From positions 31,963-95,962 of the forward strand of contig CAWAVC010000016.1 of NCBI GenBank assembly GCA_963785325.1: a DNA stretch of 64,000 bases. Reading direction: 5' to 3'. The position numbers were made by a program, and so were the translations under genes. This document shows positions 11,406 through 22,147 of the stretch, piece by piece (position 1 is the stretch's first letter; each line of letters begins with the position of its first letter). The notes under the pieces were generated by a model. The model saw only the letters and a list, made by a program, of their open reading frames with translations. It ran no database searches and had not been told where the DNA came from. Origin of the DNA: an uncultured Bacteroidales bacterium (lineage in GTDB: Bacteria > Bacteroidota > Bacteroidia > Bacteroidales > FEN-979).

Positions 11406-11606
11406 TCTCTTTTTGCTTACTTACCATATTAAAAATTTTATTAACAATAAACCGTGAATTTTCAACAAAAACAAGTGGCTTTTTTTTCAGTTCATCTAAA
11501 ATCCGTCAAAAAATATTTTTTTTTGGCGTGTTGAACTGCACGCCAAAAAAAATATTATGTGATTATTATTCAAATGGTTAACTTTTATATTTTCAAAAAT
11601 AATAGT

Positions 11607-11643
11607 GGTTTCCCGCTATTTCATTTTACGGTTTCCTGCTATT
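11607..11643 (+). promoter_or_regulatory. Tandem 14-bp direct repeat, candidate response-regulator binding site
   Basis: GGTTTCCCGCTATT (11607-11620) and GGTTTCCTGCTATT (11630-11643): 13/14 identical, 23-bp period, upstream of the 11714 ORF. Confidence 0.5.
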
Positions 11644-11713
11644 GCGTAAGCTAAATTGGCGATGTAATTTTACGCAGTAATTTATTCAACCCCATAGATC
11701 AAAATACAGCCCA

Positions 11714-12127
11714 ATGAAAAAGATACTCTTATTAGTAGTTTCAATACTGATGGTGACAGTAGTTTTTGGTCAAACAAAAGCATACCACATCCCATCGTAT
11801 AATACTCTTGTAACAGGAACCGCTAACTTCGTTTCCGGCTTTAATATCTCCACCACTAATAATCAAGCTCTAAGCCCTGATAAACGGGATGTGGATGTCG
11901 AAAATGATGGAGGTGCACAATCACCAAACCCCGGATCTATTGGACCTTCCATTGTCGTTCTTATTTATTCTTTAAGTAATTATACAATTCTAGGGCCGTA
12001 TACTGTTTCTTCCGGGCAAACTATTACAGTACCCATTGATGACTCAGCCTGGGGTGTTACGATTACAACATGTGCACCAACTTATGTTTCTTTGTGGATG
12101 GATAACGGGCAGCAGCAGCAGCAGTGA
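11714..12127 (+). CDS. Hypothetical secreted protein with a C-terminal poly-Gln (5 x CAG)
   Basis: Clear Sec signal peptide MKKILLLVVSILMVTVVFG; no family recognised. Confidence 0.75.
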   Translation: MKKILLLVVSILMVTVVFGQTKAYHIPSYNTLVTGTANFVSGFNISTTNNQALSPDKRDVDVENDGGAQSPNPGSIGPSIVVLIYSLSNYTILGPYTVSSGQTITVPIDDSAWGVTITTCAPTYVSLWMDNGQQQQQ

Positions 12128-12357
12128 ATACTACACCAGGGGAAAAAGATATAATATAATTGTAAACCTATAAGAAATAAAAAAGAAAAGAACTAAAGAT
12201 AACCTGTAAGGAAGCAAGGTGGAGAAGGGATCGTGATGGAATAATATGTAGCTATATTAAATTAAAAAATTCCGCCGCCAAAGATAACACAACGTTATCA
12301 AAATTCCCACCTAATTTCACATCCTGATGTTCACCAATGGTCTTCATACAGGCGAAT

Positions 12358-12390
12358 AAAAAAACCGCTCTTAAAAGAGCGGTTTTTTTT
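12358..12390. terminator. Bidirectional intrinsic terminator
   Basis: A-tract, ACCGCTCT-TAAA-AGAGCGGT stem-loop, T-tract. Confidence 0.75.
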
Positions 12391-12422
12391 ATTTACTGAT
12401 GAAAGTCAAGCGGAGAATAAAG

Positions 12423-12972
12423 AATGAACTACCCCGCCGCAAGCAGCGGGGTATCTTAGAACAACTCTAACTGTTTACTGCTATGCAAAATAGTATACTC
12501 TTTCTCACGTCCCTGATCACGAACATAATTCGTGATGGTCGTTTCGTCACCAAATTTGCTGACCGTGTTAACAAAATATCCATCTGTCCAAAATTCTCCT
12601 CCCCAAAGTTGTTTCTTCACTTCTGGGTGCTTCTTAAAAATCTCTTTAGCCGTGATACTTTTCAAAATCGTGATGATCTGAGTTACACTCATCTTCGGAA
12701 CAGATTGAACCAGAAAATGAACATGATCCTTGTCAGTACCTATCTCCAGAAAATGAACCTCATATCTCTTCTCGATCTCCAAACAACTCTCTTTCAACGT
12801 TTGATCAACTTTCTTGCTAAAAACAACTCTCCGATATTTTGCTGGACACACAAAGTGATACAACAATACACTGACATTATGCGATTTATGTATGTACTCG
12901 CTTTCGCTCATACATACAAAGATATTAATTACGCCGCAAGCGGCGGGGAACTAACCCCTAAAAGAGATTAGA
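12423..12972 (-). mobile_element. IS200/IS605-family element (tnpA only), copy 1, about 550 bp
   Basis: Shared sequence with 38959-39508 defines the ends. Subterminal hairpins CCCCGCCGCAAGCAGCGGGG and CGCCGCAAGCGGCG; no TIR or TSD, as expected for the family. Confidence 0.92.
12456..12911 (-). CDS. tnpA: IS200/IS605 Y1 (HUH) transposase
   Basis: YHFVCPAKYRR, DHVHFL (HUH), LWGGEFWTDGYFV, YVRDQ (catalytic Tyr). Confidence 0.95.
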   Translation of the reverse strand: MSESEYIHKSHNVSVLLYHFVCPAKYRRVVFSKKVDQTLKESCLEIEKRYEVHFLEIGTDKDHVHFLVQSVPKMSVTQIITILKSITAKEIFKKHPEVKKQLWGGEFWTDGYFVNTVSKFGDETTITNYVRDQGREKEYTILHSSKQLELF

Positions 12973-13023
12973 CAGTTTTCAAAATGTATTACCTTTACTA
13001 AGATATAGGCAAATAATTACAAC

Positions 13024-15180
13024 ATGAGGAAGAAGACGAAGAAAACACATGAAAGCACTAATACATTCGTAAAGAGTGTAATGGAAGTGTTTCTGAGCGA
13101 CCCGCCAAGCAGCTTTACTTACAAACAAGTAGCTGAACGGTTGAGAGTAAGCGATAGCGCAAGTAAAGAACTGGTGAAAAGAATGGTTGAACAACTTGAA
13201 GAAAGTGGGGAATTGGAAAGAAACAGACAGGGGAAATACCAATTAAATAAGCAAGGAGGAAAGTTTCCACATAAGGAAACCGCTTATGTGACTGGCACCG
13301 TTGACATGAAACAAACCGGGAAGGCTTATCTTATTCCTGATGATAAGAGTGAAGATATTTTTATTTCTCCAACCAATACTGCACATTCACTTCATGGAGA
13401 CAAAGTGAAGGTGATGCTGTTTCCAAGAAGAAAAGGGAAAAAAACAGAGGGTCAGGTTATAGAGATCCTGAAAAGAAATAAAAAACAGTTTGTCGGGATC
13501 ATAGAGGTGTCGAGAAACTTTGCATTTCTGATTCCGGATAATCCTTCAATGCCGGTGCATATATTTATTCCTCTGACCCACCTTAACGGTGCAAAGAACG
13601 GTCAGAAAGTCGTTGCCGAGATAACAGAATGGCCCCCACAGTCGGAAAATCCTTTTGGCGAAGTGAAGTATGTTTTGGGGATGCCGGGTAATAATGATGT
13701 GGAAATGGATTCGATATTGGCTGAATTTGAATTTCCACTGTTTTTTTCGGCGGCATCTGAAAAGGAAGCAGAACAATTTCAGGATTACATTCCTCAGGAA
13801 GAAATTAACATAAGGAGGGATTTCAGAGATGTTTTCACGATCACTATCGATCCCGCAGATGCCAAAGATTTTGACGATGCCATTTCCTTGAAAAAGTTGA
13901 ATAATGGCAACTGGGAAATTGGGGTTCACATTGCCGATGTTTCCTATTATGTTAAGCCGGAAACGGCCATCGATAAAGAGGCATACCAACGCGGGACATC
14001 TATTTACCTAGTCGACCGGGTGATTCCCATGCTTCCGGAGCGATTATCAAATCAGTTGTGTTCATTACAACCTGATAAAGACCGTCTTTGTTTTTCGGCC
14101 GTTTTCGAAATGGATGAAAATGCAGATATCATTAATGAATGGTTTGGGAAAACTATTATCCACTCAGACCAGCGTTTTAATTATGATGAAGTACAGGAAA
14201 TTATTGAATCAGGAAAAGGAGATCATGCAGAAAATATCCTTATATTCAACGAACTTGCCAAGAAGCTAAGGGAAGAACGTTTCCGCAAGGGATCGTTCAA
14301 CTTTGAAACACAGGAAGTCAGATTTAAACTTGATGAGCAAGGGAAACCCTTGGAAATTTATCTTAGGGAGATGAAAGATTCAAACAAACTTATTGAAGAT
14401 TTCATGCTCCTGGCAAATCGCAAGGTAGCTGAATTGGCGGGAAAGAAAAAAGGTAATACAGAACCAAAGACTTTTGTTTACCGGGTTCATGACAGCCCTG
14501 TACCCGAGAAGCTGGAGAATTTTACCCAGTTTATCTCCAAATTGGGTTATAAAATAAATTTCAAAAACCGCAAAAGCCTTGCTGAATCATTTAATCGTCT
14601 TTTTGATCAAATAAAAGGGAAAGGTGAAGAGAATATGGTTGAGACCATCGCGATAAGGACCATGGCAAAAGCATTCTATACGACAACAAATATTGGACAT
14701 TATGGTCTTTCCTTTCCATTCTATACTCATTTTACATCGCCGATTCGTCGTTATCCTGATCTTATGGTTCACCGGTTGTTGCTTGAATATCTTTCAAAAG
14801 GAAAATCAGTTAACCGGGAGGAATATGAGAGTAAATGTGAACATTCATCTGAGATGGAGAGAAAAGCTGAAAGTGCAGAACGTATGTCAGTAAAATATAA
14901 ACAGGCAGAGTTTATGGTTGATAAAATCGGTCAGATTTTCGACGGAGTGATCTCCGGGGTAAGCAAATGGGGGATATTTGTTGAAATTGCAGGAACCAAA
15001 TGTGAAGGAATGATAAGGTTGAGAGATATGTATGATGATTATTATTACCTTGATGAAGAAAATTACCAGGTGATTGGTTCCCGAAAAGGAGAGCAGTACA
15101 AACTCGGAGATAAAGTCAGGATTAAGGTTAAAAAAGTCGACCTGCCAAGAAAACAAATGGATTTTGTCCTGGTAAATTGA
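13024..15180 (+). CDS. rnr: Ribonuclease R
   Basis: TIDPADAKDFDDA, HIADVS, YTHFTSPIRRYPDL, C-terminal S1 domain. Confidence 0.96.
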   Translation: MRKKTKKTHESTNTFVKSVMEVFLSDPPSSFTYKQVAERLRVSDSASKELVKRMVEQLEESGELERNRQGKYQLNKQGGKFPHKETAYVTGTVDMKQTGKAYLIPDDKSEDIFISPTNTAHSLHGDKVKVMLFPRRKGKKTEGQVIEILKRNKKQFVGIIEVSRNFAFLIPDNPSMPVHIFIPLTHLNGAKNGQKVVAEITEWPPQSENPFGEVKYVLGMPGNNDVEMDSILAEFEFPLFFSAASEKEAEQFQDYIPQEEINIRRDFRDVFTITIDPADAKDFDDAISLKKLNNGNWEIGVHIADVSYYVKPETAIDKEAYQRGTSIYLVDRVIPMLPERLSNQLCSLQPDKDRLCFSAVFEMDENADIINEWFGKTIIHSDQRFNYDEVQEIIESGKGDHAENILIFNELAKKLREERFRKGSFNFETQEVRFKLDEQGKPLEIYLREMKDSNKLIEDFMLLANRKVAELAGKKKGNTEPKTFVYRVHDSPVPEKLENFTQFISKLGYKINFKNRKSLAESFNRLFDQIKGKGEENMVETIAIRTMAKAFYTTTNIGHYGLSFPFYTHFTSPIRRYPDLMVHRLLLEYLSKGKSVNREEYESKCEHSSEMERKAESAERMSVKYKQAEFMVDKIGQIFDGVISGVSKWGIFVEIAGTKCEGMIRLRDMYDDYYYLDEENYQVIGSRKGEQYKLGDKVRIKVKKVDLPRKQMDFVLVN

Positions 15181-15228
15181 TGAGTCGACTGGAAAGGTCC
15201 AATCGAAAAAGAATGGAAGGATTTGGTA

Positions 15229-15951
15229 TTATAATTTCTTTTCAATCCGATCAAAGAAGGATTTCCGGTAGGTTTCACTGATAGGTATCAACCGGTCACC
15301 TATTTTTATGCGGTTCCGCTCTACACTATCAATTTTGTCAAGTGAAATGATGAACGATTTGTGTACTCTTACAAATTGATTCTGAGGGAGTATCTCCTCC
15401 AGTTTTTTATAATTTAGCAGGCTCATGATTTTTTTCGAAGTAGTAATGATGCGCCAGTAATCACCCATTCCTTCGATAAAAAGGATATCAGCAAAGCGAA
15501 TTTTTTCGATCCGTGTTTCTGTTTTTACAAAGAAGAAAGGATCTCCCGAAGTTTCGGGCATGACCTTGTCAGGCGGAATGCTGATCTGATCGGCTTGAAT
15601 CTTGTCAAATACTTTATTGACTCCCTTTACAAACCGTTCAAAGGAAATGGGTTTCAACAGGTAATCCATCACATCCAGATCAAATCCCTGCAATGCATAG
15701 GAATCAAAGGCGGTGGTGATGATCACATAGGGTTGATGACTCAATGCATTCAGCAATTGGATTCCAGAAAGTTCCTCCATTTGAATATCAAGAAAAATAA
15801 GATTGAGGGGATGTGCTCGGATATATTCAATTGATTCAATGGCACTTTCAAAGGTCTTCTCCAGGTTCAGAAAAGGGATTCTTGAACAATAATCACGGAT
15901 GATATCCAATGCCAACGGTTCGTCGTCAATTGCGATACAGTTTATTTTCAT
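15229..15951 (-). CDS. LytTR family response regulator
   Basis: DDEPLA, FLDIQM, DYLLKP, FVRVHKSFII. Confidence 0.95.
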   Translation of the reverse strand: MKINCIAIDDEPLALDIIRDYCSRIPFLNLEKTFESAIESIEYIRAHPLNLIFLDIQMEELSGIQLLNALSHQPYVIITTAFDSYALQGFDLDVMDYLLKPISFERFVKGVNKVFDKIQADQISIPPDKVMPETSGDPFFFVKTETRIEKIRFADILFIEGMGDYWRIITTSKKIMSLLNYKKLEEILPQNQFVRVHKSFIISLDKIDSVERNRIKIGDRLIPISETYRKSFFDRIEKKL

Positions 15952-16964
15952 CAGGTTTGTATTGAAAGATTAACTCTGTAAAGATTTTTTTTTTGTGTTG
16001 TTTCCAAGGTGTATTTCCCGGGATAAAGAATTTCCAGCCGTCTTTTTATATTTTGTAAACCGGTACCGCCCAGATTGTCTTTCGATCCGATAAAGTTTTT
16101 TTTCAAATTGTTTGTAATTTCAAAGAGAAACTTATGTGGATCGATAACCATATGAATCTGTATACCAGGTAAGGGTCCCGTTTTACTTCCATGTTTGAAA
16201 GCATTTTCAACAAAAGGGATCAGGAGCATGGGCGCAATGGTTTTATTACCCACCGCCCCTTTAATGCGAAGTTCTACGAAATTAATTTGCTTTATACGCA
16301 GTTTTTGGAGTTCGATAAAACTCTTGAGGTATTCAATTTCTTTTTCCAGTAGTACTTTGTCGGTATTGGCATCGTAGAGCATATACCGCATGATGGAAGA
16401 TAATTTCATGATGGCTTCAGGGGCATCAGGCGATTTTTTACATACTAGGGAATATATATTGTTCAGGGTGTTAAAGAGAAAATGAGGATTCACCTGCGAA
16501 CGCAATAATGCCAACTCGCTTGACTGGGTTTGATTAATAAGTTCCGCCTTTAGTTTCTGAGTATCAAACCAATCAATTGCAAATTTTATCAGAAGAGCAT
16601 AAGCACCGGAAATAATGGAAAGCCGTAACCCCGCGTAAAACCATTCATTGAGATTCATCATTTCTTTTGGGGGAAGATGAATAATTTCTTTCCAGAATAG
16701 TACCTGGATATAATAACGGGCTACTGCAATGATGAACAAAAAAAAAGCTCCCGCAAAAATGCTCAGAAAAATATTCCTGTTCCTGAGCAAGAAGGGAATA
16801 ATAAAATAGAAAGCATAAAAATTGATCAGATTTAATGTTATATTTACTACGAAATCCGTCCAGAAATAGTTTTCCGTTCTATTTATATACCATGGATATA
16901 AAAACTGGTTAATCATGTAAAACCAATAGATAACATGGATCAGGATTTTGGTACTTTTCTTCAT
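15951..16964 (-). CDS. LytS/YehU-type sensor histidine kinase
   Basis: N-terminal TM segments, LRSQVNPHFLFNTLN, PFVENAFKHG, GTGLQNIKRRL. Confidence 0.93.
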   Translation of the reverse strand: MKKSTKILIHVIYWFYMINQFLYPWYINRTENYFWTDFVVNITLNLINFYAFYFIIPFLLRNRNIFLSIFAGAFFLFIIAVARYYIQVLFWKEIIHLPPKEMMNLNEWFYAGLRLSIISGAYALLIKFAIDWFDTQKLKAELINQTQSSELALLRSQVNPHFLFNTLNNIYSLVCKKSPDAPEAIMKLSSIMRYMLYDANTDKVLLEKEIEYLKSFIELQKLRIKQINFVELRIKGAVGNKTIAPMLLIPFVENAFKHGSKTGPLPGIQIHMVIDPHKFLFEITNNLKKNFIGSKDNLGGTGLQNIKRRLEILYPGKYTLETTQKKNLYRVNLSIQT

Positions 16965-17187
16965 TTATTATGCTTTTTCTTTAGCACCAGTAAAAATACT
17001 TCACGAAGATACTGCTAAACAAGGCAAAAGTAAAGTTCCTGTTATAATTGAAATTTCCTTTTTTTCTCTAAGACATGATGTATGATGCGAATGATTAAGA
17101 TTTCAGGAGAATCATGGACTTTTTAAAGTGGGTCGGACTATTTTTGTAGTAAACCTTCTTAACTTTGAGAGGAAGTAAAAGAAAATA

Positions 17188-18558
17188 GTGATTTGTTTGA
17201 TGGTTATGAAGTATTATTTGAATTCGTCTTTATTTTTGACGTTTTTTCTTCTTGTATTTTGTTTATGCGGTAAACCTCTTGAAGGTCAAGTACATTATCG
17301 TTATTTTTATGGTAAAGTCCTGATATCAGACAACAGGGAACCACTTTCAAATGTTAATATTTCCTTTGAAGGATCGAGAATGGGGTCGATCACAGATGAT
17401 AAAGGAGTCTTCTCTTTTTACATTGATACGATTCCTATCTTTATGATAGTCAGTCATATCGGATTTAAAACCAAGCGAATATTTCTCGATGGAACTTCAA
17501 ATTCCATGACCTTATATATGGATAAGGAAATTCTTGATTTACAAGAAGTTGTGATCAGGGCAAACAAAATTGAATCCTTTTTCAAAGATGAACATTATAC
17601 CATCAGGGATTATGAGATTGATAGTGGACTTATATATTTGCTGGTTTACAGGAATCGTGTTTCCAAGGAGGAACTCATATGTAAAAATCTGAAAGGGGAT
17701 ACGATCGCACGATCGGGCATTTTATTTTTTACTCCCATTTCACTTTATAAGGATTGCCTCGGCTATCTTCAAATTGTGGGTGAAGATACTGTATTTCAGA
17801 TATATAAAAATGACAAAGTACTTCAATTGATCCATGGCGTGAGTATTGTCAAATTTAATGAGATCATGATAAATTGTGTAACCTCGACGAGTCAGATTAT
17901 GTTCTTTAAAAAGATGATCAATCTTGGTCAGGGAGTGCAGTATTACGGAGTAGACCGGGTCAACAAGAAAAGGCATGAATTGACCCAGGTTCTGGATGAA
18001 AAAAAAGCAAAGATGCTTAGACGTAACCCGGAAGATGCCTGGGCATTAATGAGGTCGCAACCTGATTATTTTTCTCAATTAAGTAATTTGCAAAGAGATG
18101 AACCGGATATTTCGAAAGGAGAACTGGACAGTGGAAGAAAAGGATTCGATGAGTGGAATTTTACCACCAAGATTCTTTACCGGCCAGTGAAAACGGCACT
18201 TTATAAAGTTGAAAAATTTATCTGCATCTTTAATATTCCAGACCGGCAACTTGAATTTTTCGATACTGCCGGAAATTATTCCTATAAGTTAAAAATCAAT
18301 GTTGAACAGATAAAAGACGGAAGGTGGTCAGGTGATATTTTTCTTGATGAGACTCAGTCGAAAATTTATACGACTTTCCTTAAAAGTACAGGAACCGGAC
18401 TTTATCGGATTGATCTGAACACCGGAGAACTTCATAAAACACTAACTCTCATACATCCATTTCCTCAAAAAATAAGAATTTATAAAGGCCAGGTCTATTA
18501 CTTGTATGGAATTCCCGGTGACACAGATAATAAGACCCTATACAGGCAGGATTTATAA
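17188..18558 (+). CDS. Exported protein with an N-terminal carboxypeptidase-like regulatory (CarbopepD_reg_2) domain
   Basis: Signal peptide, EPLSNVNI..GSITDDKGVF..VSHIGFK..LQEVVI. Start may be 17200 or 17206. Confidence 0.75.
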   Translation: MICLMVMKYYLNSSLFLTFFLLVFCLCGKPLEGQVHYRYFYGKVLISDNREPLSNVNISFEGSRMGSITDDKGVFSFYIDTIPIFMIVSHIGFKTKRIFLDGTSNSMTLYMDKEILDLQEVVIRANKIESFFKDEHYTIRDYEIDSGLIYLLVYRNRVSKEELICKNLKGDTIARSGILFFTPISLYKDCLGYLQIVGEDTVFQIYKNDKVLQLIHGVSIVKFNEIMINCVTSTSQIMFFKKMINLGQGVQYYGVDRVNKKRHELTQVLDEKKAKMLRRNPEDAWALMRSQPDYFSQLSNLQRDEPDISKGELDSGRKGFDEWNFTTKILYRPVKTALYKVEKFICIFNIPDRQLEFFDTAGNYSYKLKINVEQIKDGRWSGDIFLDETQSKIYTTFLKSTGTGLYRIDLNTGELHKTLTLIHPFPQKIRIYKGQVYYLYGIPGDTDNKTLYRQDL

Positions 18559-18562
18559 TAAC

Positions 18563-18597
18563 AAAGTCCATCAGCAGTTCAACTACTGATGGGTTTT
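18563..18597. terminator. Intrinsic terminator between convergent genes
   Basis: CCATCAGCAG-TTCAA-CTACTGATGG stem followed by a T-tract. Confidence 0.55.
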
Positions 18598-18615
18598 ATT
18601 TCAAATTACCGGGAT

Positions 18616-20848
18616 TTATTTTACAAGGGTAAGTTCTTTGATAATGCGGGTATCACCGGCATATTTATCAATGATGAAAAGTACATACCGGATATCCACA
18701 TTGATGGTTCGCTGTAATTCGGGTTCAAAGGAAATATCTCCACTCATGGCTTCCCAGTTACCATCGAATGCCAGTCCGATTAATTGTCCGTTTCCATTAA
18801 TGACGGGGCTTCCGGAGTTTCCGCCGGTGATATCATTGTTGGTGAGAAAACAAGTGTACATTTCACCATTTTCACCATATTGGCCATAATCTTTTGCTTT
18901 ATAAAGTTCTTTGAGTTTTTCAGGCACGATAAACTCATCATTGTTTGGATCTTCTTTCTGCATCACGCCTTTTAATGTTGTGTAATATTCATAATGTATT
19001 GCGTCGGCGGGGAAATAATCCAATACCTGTCCATATGTCATACGCATAGTTGAATTGGCGTCAGGATAAGATACCAATTTCGGGTTCATTTCGCGAAGTC
19101 CGGCAATAAAATGACGATTCCCGGCTGAAACAGATGTTCTTGCTTCTCCGTAAGCAGCAGAATATTTCCCACTTACCTCCTGGAACGATTGTACCATGAT
19201 TGAACAAAGGTCCTTTTTAAAAACTTTTATGTTAGGTTTATTGAGAAATGTCATTGTATTTGCTTCAGTAGCAAAAACTGAGGTCTTAAAAACATCATTA
19301 GCAAAAACATTGAAATCATTATGATATTTCTTTTCGATCAGGGAGAAAACTGAAGGTAATTGATCCTTTGGAACGTTTTGTGCATAAAGTTTCAACATCT
19401 CTGCCATTGTCTTTTTAGAAACCGAGGGGTCAATCTCTTTGAAATGTTCTTTGGCTGTTGTTTTTAATGCTTCGCTTGATTCTTTGATACCTGACTTTTT
19501 TTCTAGGGCGGATTTTAAACTGCCGAATTGTCCAGCAAACTGAACGGCATCCAATCCCATTCCTGCGATGCTTGCATAGAACAAAGGAATGGCTATTGTA
19601 CTCATCTTGCTATACCCGTTTTTAATATTATCAAGAACTAGTCCATATTTTTTCTCCAATTCAGGTGACTTACTATACCAGTTAGTAAAATCAGTTTCAA
19701 GAGCTTTCTTTTTATCTTCCACTTTATTTTTAACGAGCATTTTTGACTGCCCGATAAAATTTTTCCATGTGTTGGCAATCATGGCATAATTTTCAGCATA
19801 ATCAATTTTGACTTTAGTATCCACGTCCATCCTTTCTTTCATTATTTCCAATTCTTTTCCGAAGATTTTAATAAGAGAGGGATAAAAAGTATTCAGGTTA
19901 AATTCTAATCCGTAAGAAGTAAGGTAACGGCTTGTACTTCCCGGATATCCCCAAATCATGGCAAAATCATTCTTCTTAACGCCTTTCAAGCTGATGGGCA
20001 GATGGTACTTGGGTTTCAGGGGAATATTTTTCTCGCTGTAAGCGGCGGGATTTCCGGTTGAATCGGCGTAGATCCTGAAATACGGTAAAATCGCAGGTAT
20101 GCCTGGGCCACATCCAGTTATCAGTGTCTCCTCCGAATTTGCCTATTGAAGAAGGAGGTGCACCTACCAGGCGGACATCTTTATAAGTTTGAAAAACAAA
20201 AAGGTAATATTCATTTCCTCCATAAAAAGGTTTTACTGTGACTTCGTATTTCCCGTTTTCAGAAGCCCGTTTCTTCATTTTTGCAGTAAGATCTTTAATT
20301 TTTTCGGTACGGGCCGATTCTTTTAACGTATCTGAAAGGAAGGGTATGATTGAATCGGTAACATTTTCCATGCGGACCAGGAATGAAGCATAAAGATTTT
20401 CATTAGACAATTCTTCTTTATCCGACATAGCCCAGAATCCATTTGTAAGATAATCGTGTTCGGGGGTACTATGGTTCTGAACGGCACTATATCCACAATG
20501 GTGGTTGGTAAACAACAAGCCTTCGTCTGAAACAACTTCTGCCGTGCAAAAGAACCCCCCTGATGAAGCTCCACCGGTTGACAGTCCGACAATGGCATCT
20601 TTCAAACTAGAGTGATTAATATCATATAATTCCTGGACAGTTAGATGCAAGCCTATTTTCTCCATGTCCACATAGTTCAGACGCTCAAGCAGAATAGGCA
20701 GCCACATCCCCTCATCCGGCGGGTTTTCTGCAAACAGTCTGGTTCCCAAAGAAAGGACCAGAAGGATAACCATTAAATTAATTTTGAACCTCATTCTGAA
20801 TGACAAAATAATAGTGAATATATTTCTTGTGTTTTTGTTTTTCATTGT
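18616..20848 (-). CDS. S46 family dipeptidyl peptidase (DPP7/DPP11-like); one frameshift near 20078-20080
   Basis: DEGMWL, TNHHCG, GGDTDNWMWPRH in the 5' ORF; GYPGSTSRY and DITGGNSGSPV in the 3' ORF. Removing one base restores DFTVFRIYAD. Confidence 0.9.
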
Positions 20849-21097
20849 ATTGGATTTTTTAAGGATAATCAATCTGAAATCTTTTTTGCAATATTACGGA
20901 GAAGAAAAAAACCATCCAATTTTTTTAAATTAATACAGACAAAAGTCGATTACCTGGTACTTTTTATAGCTCAACTATATTATAGGTTAGACGTATAAAA
21001 ACGGGAGTTGAGCAATAAAAACAGAACAAATGTCAAAATTCTTTTGAATTTGCGAAGATTTTATAGATATTTGAAAATAAAACGGCATCTTGTCAGG

Positions 21098-22147
21098 ATG
21101 AATAATAAAAACTCACATAAATTACGTATTGGAAGTATTCTGATACATCTTCTATTTTGGGTGTTAAGCTTAGTGCTTTTTCTTGTACTGATCTTTCTTA
21201 CCCGGCATTTTAGGTTACAGGCCCTGGATTTCCAAACGGCAATAAATATTATTATTACGTTACTTTTACTGGCTGTCTCCGTTTACATAAATCTTCTTGT
21301 CCTATTACCCTTTTTCTTTAAAAAGCGGCGCTATTTTCTTTTTTCTTTGTTCGAGATTTTAAACATTGCACTTTTTATTTGTCTGAATTTTTTTATCTCC
21401 CTGGTATTCGAGGGAAGGCACAGGCATTTCCTAAACGAGTTAATCGCAGAATTTATCCTGGTACTGGTATTTCTTGTCATTACGACTCTGATCAAATTTA
21501 CCCGTGATTCTCTTGCCCTGCAGGATGCAAACCTGAAAATCAAAGAGATCGAACGAGAGAATATGATATCCGAATTACGGGCATTGAAAGCCCAGATCAA
21601 TCCTCATTTCTTCTTTAATACACTTAACAGCATTTACTCTTTTAGTCTCGACAGATCGGAAAAAACGCCTGAGTTGATATTGAAATTATCTGAGTTAATG
21701 AGGTATATTCTCTATGAGACACGCGATGATTATATTTCCATGGAAAAACAACTGGACTTTTTAAGGAATTATATCTACCTGGAAAAGTTAAGAACTGACG
21801 AGAAGATAAAGATCGAGTTGAAAATAGAAGGAGAATATACAGATTTAATGGTTGCGTCATTATTGTTTATTCCCTTTATCGAAAATGCTTTCAAATATGT
21901 TGCAAAAGAAAAGGATAATTCTTCCTTCATCAGGATATCATTCGATCTGACCAAGCCTGATAGTGTTATTTTCATGGTGAAAAACAAAAAATACAATTCT
22001 ATTCTCCCTAGTGAAGGAAACAAGGAAGGAATCGGACTAACAAATGTGAGAAAACGCCTCAATTTGCTCTATCCGTCCAAACATCAATTAATAATTTCTG
22101 ATACCGGTGATGTTTTCGAAGTAAAGCTAACCCTGGCACTGACATGA
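21098..22147 (+). CDS. LytS/YehU-type sensor histidine kinase
   Basis: Four TM segments, LKAQINPHFFFNTLN, PFIENAFKY, GIGLTNVRKRL. Confidence 0.92.
   Translation: MNNKNSHKLRIGSILIHLLFWVLSLVLFLVLIFLTRHFRLQALDFQTAINIIITLLLLAVSVYINLLVLLPFFFKKRRYFLFSLFEILNIALFICLNFFISLVFEGRHRHFLNELIAEFILVLVFLVITTLIKFTRDSLALQDANLKIKEIERENMISELRALKAQINPHFFFNTLNSIYSFSLDRSEKTPELILKLSELMRYILYETRDDYISMEKQLDFLRNYIYLEKLRTDEKIKIELKIEGEYTDLMVASLLFIPFIENAFKYVAKEKDNSSFIRISFDLTKPDSVIFMVKNKKYNSILPSEGNKEGIGLTNVRKRLNLLYPSKHQLIISDTGDVFEVKLTLALT

Noticed and set aside
12483..12971. 162-aa plus-strand ORF, repeated at 39019..39507
   Set aside because: Antisense shadow of tnpA; it is duplicated only because the IS is duplicated and has no recognisable motifs.
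12423..12972. Possible TnpB/IscB (OMEGA) system associated with the IS200/IS605 element
   Set aside because: The element is only 550 bp and tnpA runs into the right-end hairpin; there is no room for a nuclease gene.
20070..20085. Programmed frameshifting in the S46 peptidase, hemW, manC or mlaF
   Set aside because: I know of no recoding in these families and saw no shared slippery motif; single-base consensus errors explain the breaks more simply.
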